From NCBI GenBank assembly GCA_036172245.1, contig JAYWIR010000101.1:62001-126000 (forward strand): DNA of 64,000 nt, written 5' to 3'. Source of the DNA: Raillietiella orientalis. Lineage: Eukaryota. Below the pieces are notes generated by a model. The model was given only the letters and a program-made list of their open reading frames with translations. It ran no database searches and had not been told where the DNA came from. Of this stretch, positions 59,973-64,000 are shown in pieces. The position numbers and the translations under genes are program-made. Each line of letters starts with the position of its first letter. Position 1 is the stretch's first letter.

Positions 59973-61572
59973 TGCCTTGGTGTTGAAGTAGTGAGCCTGG
60001 GAAGTGATGAGAAGCGAACACAAGTGGACAGTAATAGCAGAACGGAGTGTGCAGTTTTGTAGATCTTGGAATGTTTAACGAATACCAAAAATATCTGTAT
60101 ATTGAAAGATGATTGTGACGAATGCCTGTTCAGCCATTTACAATTCGTGTGATTCCTACGTGGAACCTGGAAGCACCGGATCGAAAATCCCCGAGAACAC
60201 GATCAAGTGAAAGATTCCACGGCTGCCATGAAAGGAAGAGCAGGATGTCTTCCTCCCTGGCAAAACATTCCCGACACTCTGGCGGAAACCGTCATGACTT
60301 TGACAGCAGCATCGAGCAGGTTATTGGACTTTCCCCTTACCCTCCTGCAATGCGGAGCTCTTTCCCCCGGCGGCTTTCAGAGCGACCTCCAGTCGTGCTT
60401 GCCAGTGTCCATTCTAAAAATATTCCATCAGGAATCGAGCGTGGAATGCCTCTTGAGCCTTACAAGGTGCAAAAATCTTGCCGTGTCAGCAGTTCATTGC
60501 CTTGTCACGGCGGGAAGGGGGAAGCAATGTCTTCGTACTTTGGATACGTTTGCGGACCGCATGCGAATTCGCCAGCAGCGCATGCCGAGGAGGCGAACAC
60601 TCGGGACGGATGGGTTTTCCAGGTGTAGGGCTGCTGCAAGAACTTTTGGTCTTTTGCATTGCCATGTGGAAAACGGAAGGCGTGAAGCGGAGCACCAATT
60701 AGCCGACCCCGTCATCTCCTTGTGCTTTCAGCTTGTCGAGCACAGTTTCCCGAGCATTGGCGATTTGCTGGTCCGATCTTCCGAGATTTGATCGCTCAGC
60801 TTCAGAGGAAGATCAGTGATTTTTTGGAATTCCCGTCGCTCCAAGGACGAGCACACACTCGTGAGCTGGAATTTGCTTCTGCCTTCCAGTAGTCTCGCAC
60901 CTGTTGTCCTCGTGACGGAGTAAAAGAAGATGGGCAGTTGGATATTCCGTGGTATTCTGTGTCTTCTTTTTTTTTTTTTTTCAAAAAAAAAATTCCGAAT
61001 TCAAAAATTCCTCTAAGGATTGAGGATTCCATTTTTAACTCGCAGCCTGCAGCGAGCAGAGCCGTCGGCCGCAGGAAATCCAAGGTGATTCGTCCGAATG
61101 GCGCCGCCAGAACGGGAATCCATGGAACACGGGGGGTGCTTTGCCTGCACTGTGGTTCTCCGTCGCCAAGGACGAATTTCCTTTGGATCTCGAGTGGGGG
61201 GGTGGTTTTCCTGAACGGGTGAAAGTCGAGTTCCGTGCCGGCAGAAAAAGCAGCGTTCGATTTGAACGGCCTCGAGGGTGGCACTGCTTGCTCACTTTGT
61301 ACCACCTGTACGAAAGCGAATGTCGGCGGAAAGTCACGCTTCCATGGAGTCGAACTTAGGGAAAAGATCTACTGATTCGAATGCCCCGGATTCCTCGATA
61401 TTCTGATAAACAAATGGGACGCTCTTTACTTTTAGGCAGAGGCTTAGCACATGCAAGCATTCGTGTGGCGTTCAAGGAATGACTCCATATTTCATGGAGT
61501 TCATCTACGCGTCTTTTTGATCCTCGCTCGGCAATTCCTCTTTTCATAGGGAGTTTCGCAACTGTGTAACAG

Positions 61573-61667
61573 GGGTAATTCTTCGAGATGGGGGGATACC
61601 CCGGGAGGGTTCCGCCCTATGAATCCAAGAAGGACTCGGAGTCCGTTCCTCTCACGCCTGGGGAGGC
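61573..61667 (-). repeat. 3' fragment of the hairpin-array SINE
   Basis: Reverse complement of about 19415-19510 (CCGCCCTATGAAT...CTCGGAGTCCGTTCCTCTCACGC). Confidence 0.75.
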
Positions 61668-63596
61668 CCAAGGAAGAGCCACGTGCGCCGCGAGGCACGC
61701 GACCGGCTCTTGAGGTACTCAGTGTACCGAAGAAAAGTCGTCTTTTGATAGGATATTTTCGAAAGATCATTGAATCCTCGCGCATGAATAATGCCAGGGA
61801 CTGAGCAGCTACACGTTTTTGTTTCTTCCACCTTCCTCACGCTTCTAGAATGTGGGGAAACCTCAGAGACTGCTCATTTTGTTTTGGAGTCCGCGGAAGT
61901 GCGTCGCAAACATGGAAGGCGCTCGTCTTGACTTTGCGCGAATACGCGTTTGACCCCACACCCCGCACCCTCCCGGAAACCATCATTCACGTCTTCCAAA
62001 CGGCTTGCAGTTAGCAGCCGAACTTTACGTGATCCTTCGAAAAGAGGAGCAAATCACCTCGGGGCCATGTATCTTTTGTTTTACGTGAGTCTCTTTTTGC
62101 GACGGGAAAAGCCAAAAGTAGTAATCAGAGCTACTTGAAGTCCAGTCCGATGTGGGGACGGTGGCCATCTTCAATGTTAGAAGAACGGGTGCTGGGATTC
62201 GTGTTTCGATCCTTTTCGTCCTCGTCTGTCTCTGCGAATGGTGTGCCGTGCACACGCAGCGACCAGGGCACGTTCCACCGTGTTCACTGCCTGGCTTTCC
62301 TCATCACCTCCACTGGATCTCCCGGTGATCCAGCCTGTGCCTCTGGAGCATTTCTTCGGAGTTGAGAAGAATCATTTCCCTCCGGCTTCTCTCAAGAATC
62401 CGTCAATCTCGTCAGCCAGGGGTTCCCAGAGTGCGACAGGAGCTCTGACTCACACTGGCGCTCTTCTGTCAGCAGAGTGAAGAACCATTCCTCTTTCGTC
62501 TTGTCTTCTCTAAGGCAGAGGATCCATAGGGGGCAGGCGACGTCCACCATCACTGCTTTTCCGCCCACCGTGGAGCACCAGTGGTTCTGGATCTGTCTTG
62601 GATTGGAGACCACTTTTCTCTCGTAGTCGGGACAATCGGTTCTCCACGCCTCTCGGTGACAGTGTCCCTGGTCCAGGTGCGTACAGTGGTTGAAGAAGGT
62701 GACCTGGTAACTCATTCTCCCACACCACGCACCTCCTGCTCCGTGGGGCCGTCGGCACTCTCTCTGACGGGCGCTTGAATTTACAGCTGTTGCCTCCTTC
62801 ATCTGAAAGTGAGCAGACGAGTCCTGAATCGTCACTGCTGAGCGTGAGGATCCGTCGACCCCGGATGCTGCCCCGTCGCAGTTCGGGGTCTTCGACCCGG
62901 ATGCGTTTCGGCGAGGCGAAACCGTCAATTCTTTGCACCCTTGGATAAGACCGGGAGCCGCCAACCCAGGAGTAGGCGTTGCGTTGTAAAACGGAAGTCG
63001 GAAGACTCGAAAGTTGTTGTCTTTGAAGATGGTGATGAGCTGTACGCGGCCATGGCGAAGCCAAAGGAGAGTTTGGTGGGGGCCTGCAGCGATTTCAACG
63101 TTCGAAGGAGAGTCGTAGGACACTGGGCTGTAGGGGGGAAAGACGAAGCGAACCACCTGGTTGCCGTGTCCCTCCGAAGTTTTCCCTTGGGATGGCAGGT
63201 GTCATCCGGTAGAGCGAATGATCCGAGTGGCCTTGGGGACGAAATGACCCTTGCCCATTCTCAACCTTTGAACGGGTGACAAGTCCGGCTCGATTGAGCT
63301 CTGAAGCTCGGACTGTCCGCGAGCGTCATCCGGCGCAACCATTTCGGTGGACAGAACAATCACTGGAGGATGAACCAAGAGTCGGGATACGATGCGGTGC
63401 CTGACAGATGCCTTGAAAGGCGTTGGTTGCTATGGTCAGCGGGACGGTGGCAACCGCTGAAGCCGGAAATACAGCTGAGCTATCGACAACGACGCGGACC
63501 ATATATAGGCAACGAATTTTGCGTTTATCGTAGCAATTAGCTGCTGGAAAAAATAACGTAATGTTTCCATTTCGTATTTTATTCAATTTGGGGTTA

Positions 63597-63976
63597 CAGT
63601 GGTACCTCGGTACTCGTCGGTAATTCACTCCGGAGCTCGTGACGAGTGCCGAAACAGACGAGTACCGAACGCGTTCCTTTCCGGGCTTCGTGGTATCATT
63701 TTCACCCATTTCAGGACCCATGATTGACGCTTAAAGCGCACAGAAAGCACAGAAGAAAAGGAACGATTCGGGAGGCACCCTATAAGGGAGTGCTCGACAC
63801 TGTTCTTCAGCCACCGTGGGACGAAAGCGTTCACTCGTTTCATCTGAGTGGGTGGGGTGATGTCGAGTTCCGAGCATGCGCCGAGTGTCGCAACATTTTT
63901 TTCTTTCCTCTCTTCAAAATGCGACGAGTACTGAGTTTGACGAGCTCCGACACCGTCGAATACCGGGGTACCACAG
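63597..63976. mobile_element. 380-bp non-autonomous Tc1/mariner (pogo/Tigger-type) MITE
   Basis: Imperfect TIRs CAGTGGTACCTCGGTACTCGTCGGT and ACCGTCGAATACCGGGGTACCACAG; TA at 63595-63596 and 63977-63978; partial second copy at 45231-45356. Confidence 0.85.
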
Positions 63977-64000
63977 TACTTTTTAAATTATCAGCTAAAC

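Overview
Eukaryotic, probably invertebrate metazoan, genomic window with two compartments. Positions 1 to about 49.5 kb and about 60.1 to 64 kb are GC-richer and full of transposon relics. They hold nested, head-to-head and head-to-tail copies of an L1/Tx1-type non-LTR retrotransposon family; one near-complete 5.9 kb copy at 3808-9724 has a CCHC ORF1 and an APE-RT-zinc-finger ORF2 coupled by TAATG. They also hold a Tc1/pogo-type MITE, a Helitron-like remnant, several decayed fragments resembling negative-strand RNA virus L polymerase, and an intact spliced gene for a pepsin-fold protein that has lost both catalytic aspartates. The most unusual element is a dispersed tRNA-headed SINE-like repeat of about 0.7-0.86 kb. 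Its body is a run of about 14 consecutive 35-45 nt hairpins, several capped by C-UUCG-G, and it occurs in at least six full or partial copies. The LINE copies end in a conserved AATAAA plus stem-loop. About 49.5 to 60.1 kb is an AT-rich housekeeping island with short introns. It carries a spliced PET117-like micro-gene (absent from the ORF track) overlapping a broken SLC25A32-like carrier, plus CDK7 and HSD17B10. All calls come from reading the sequence and recalling motifs; no searches were run.
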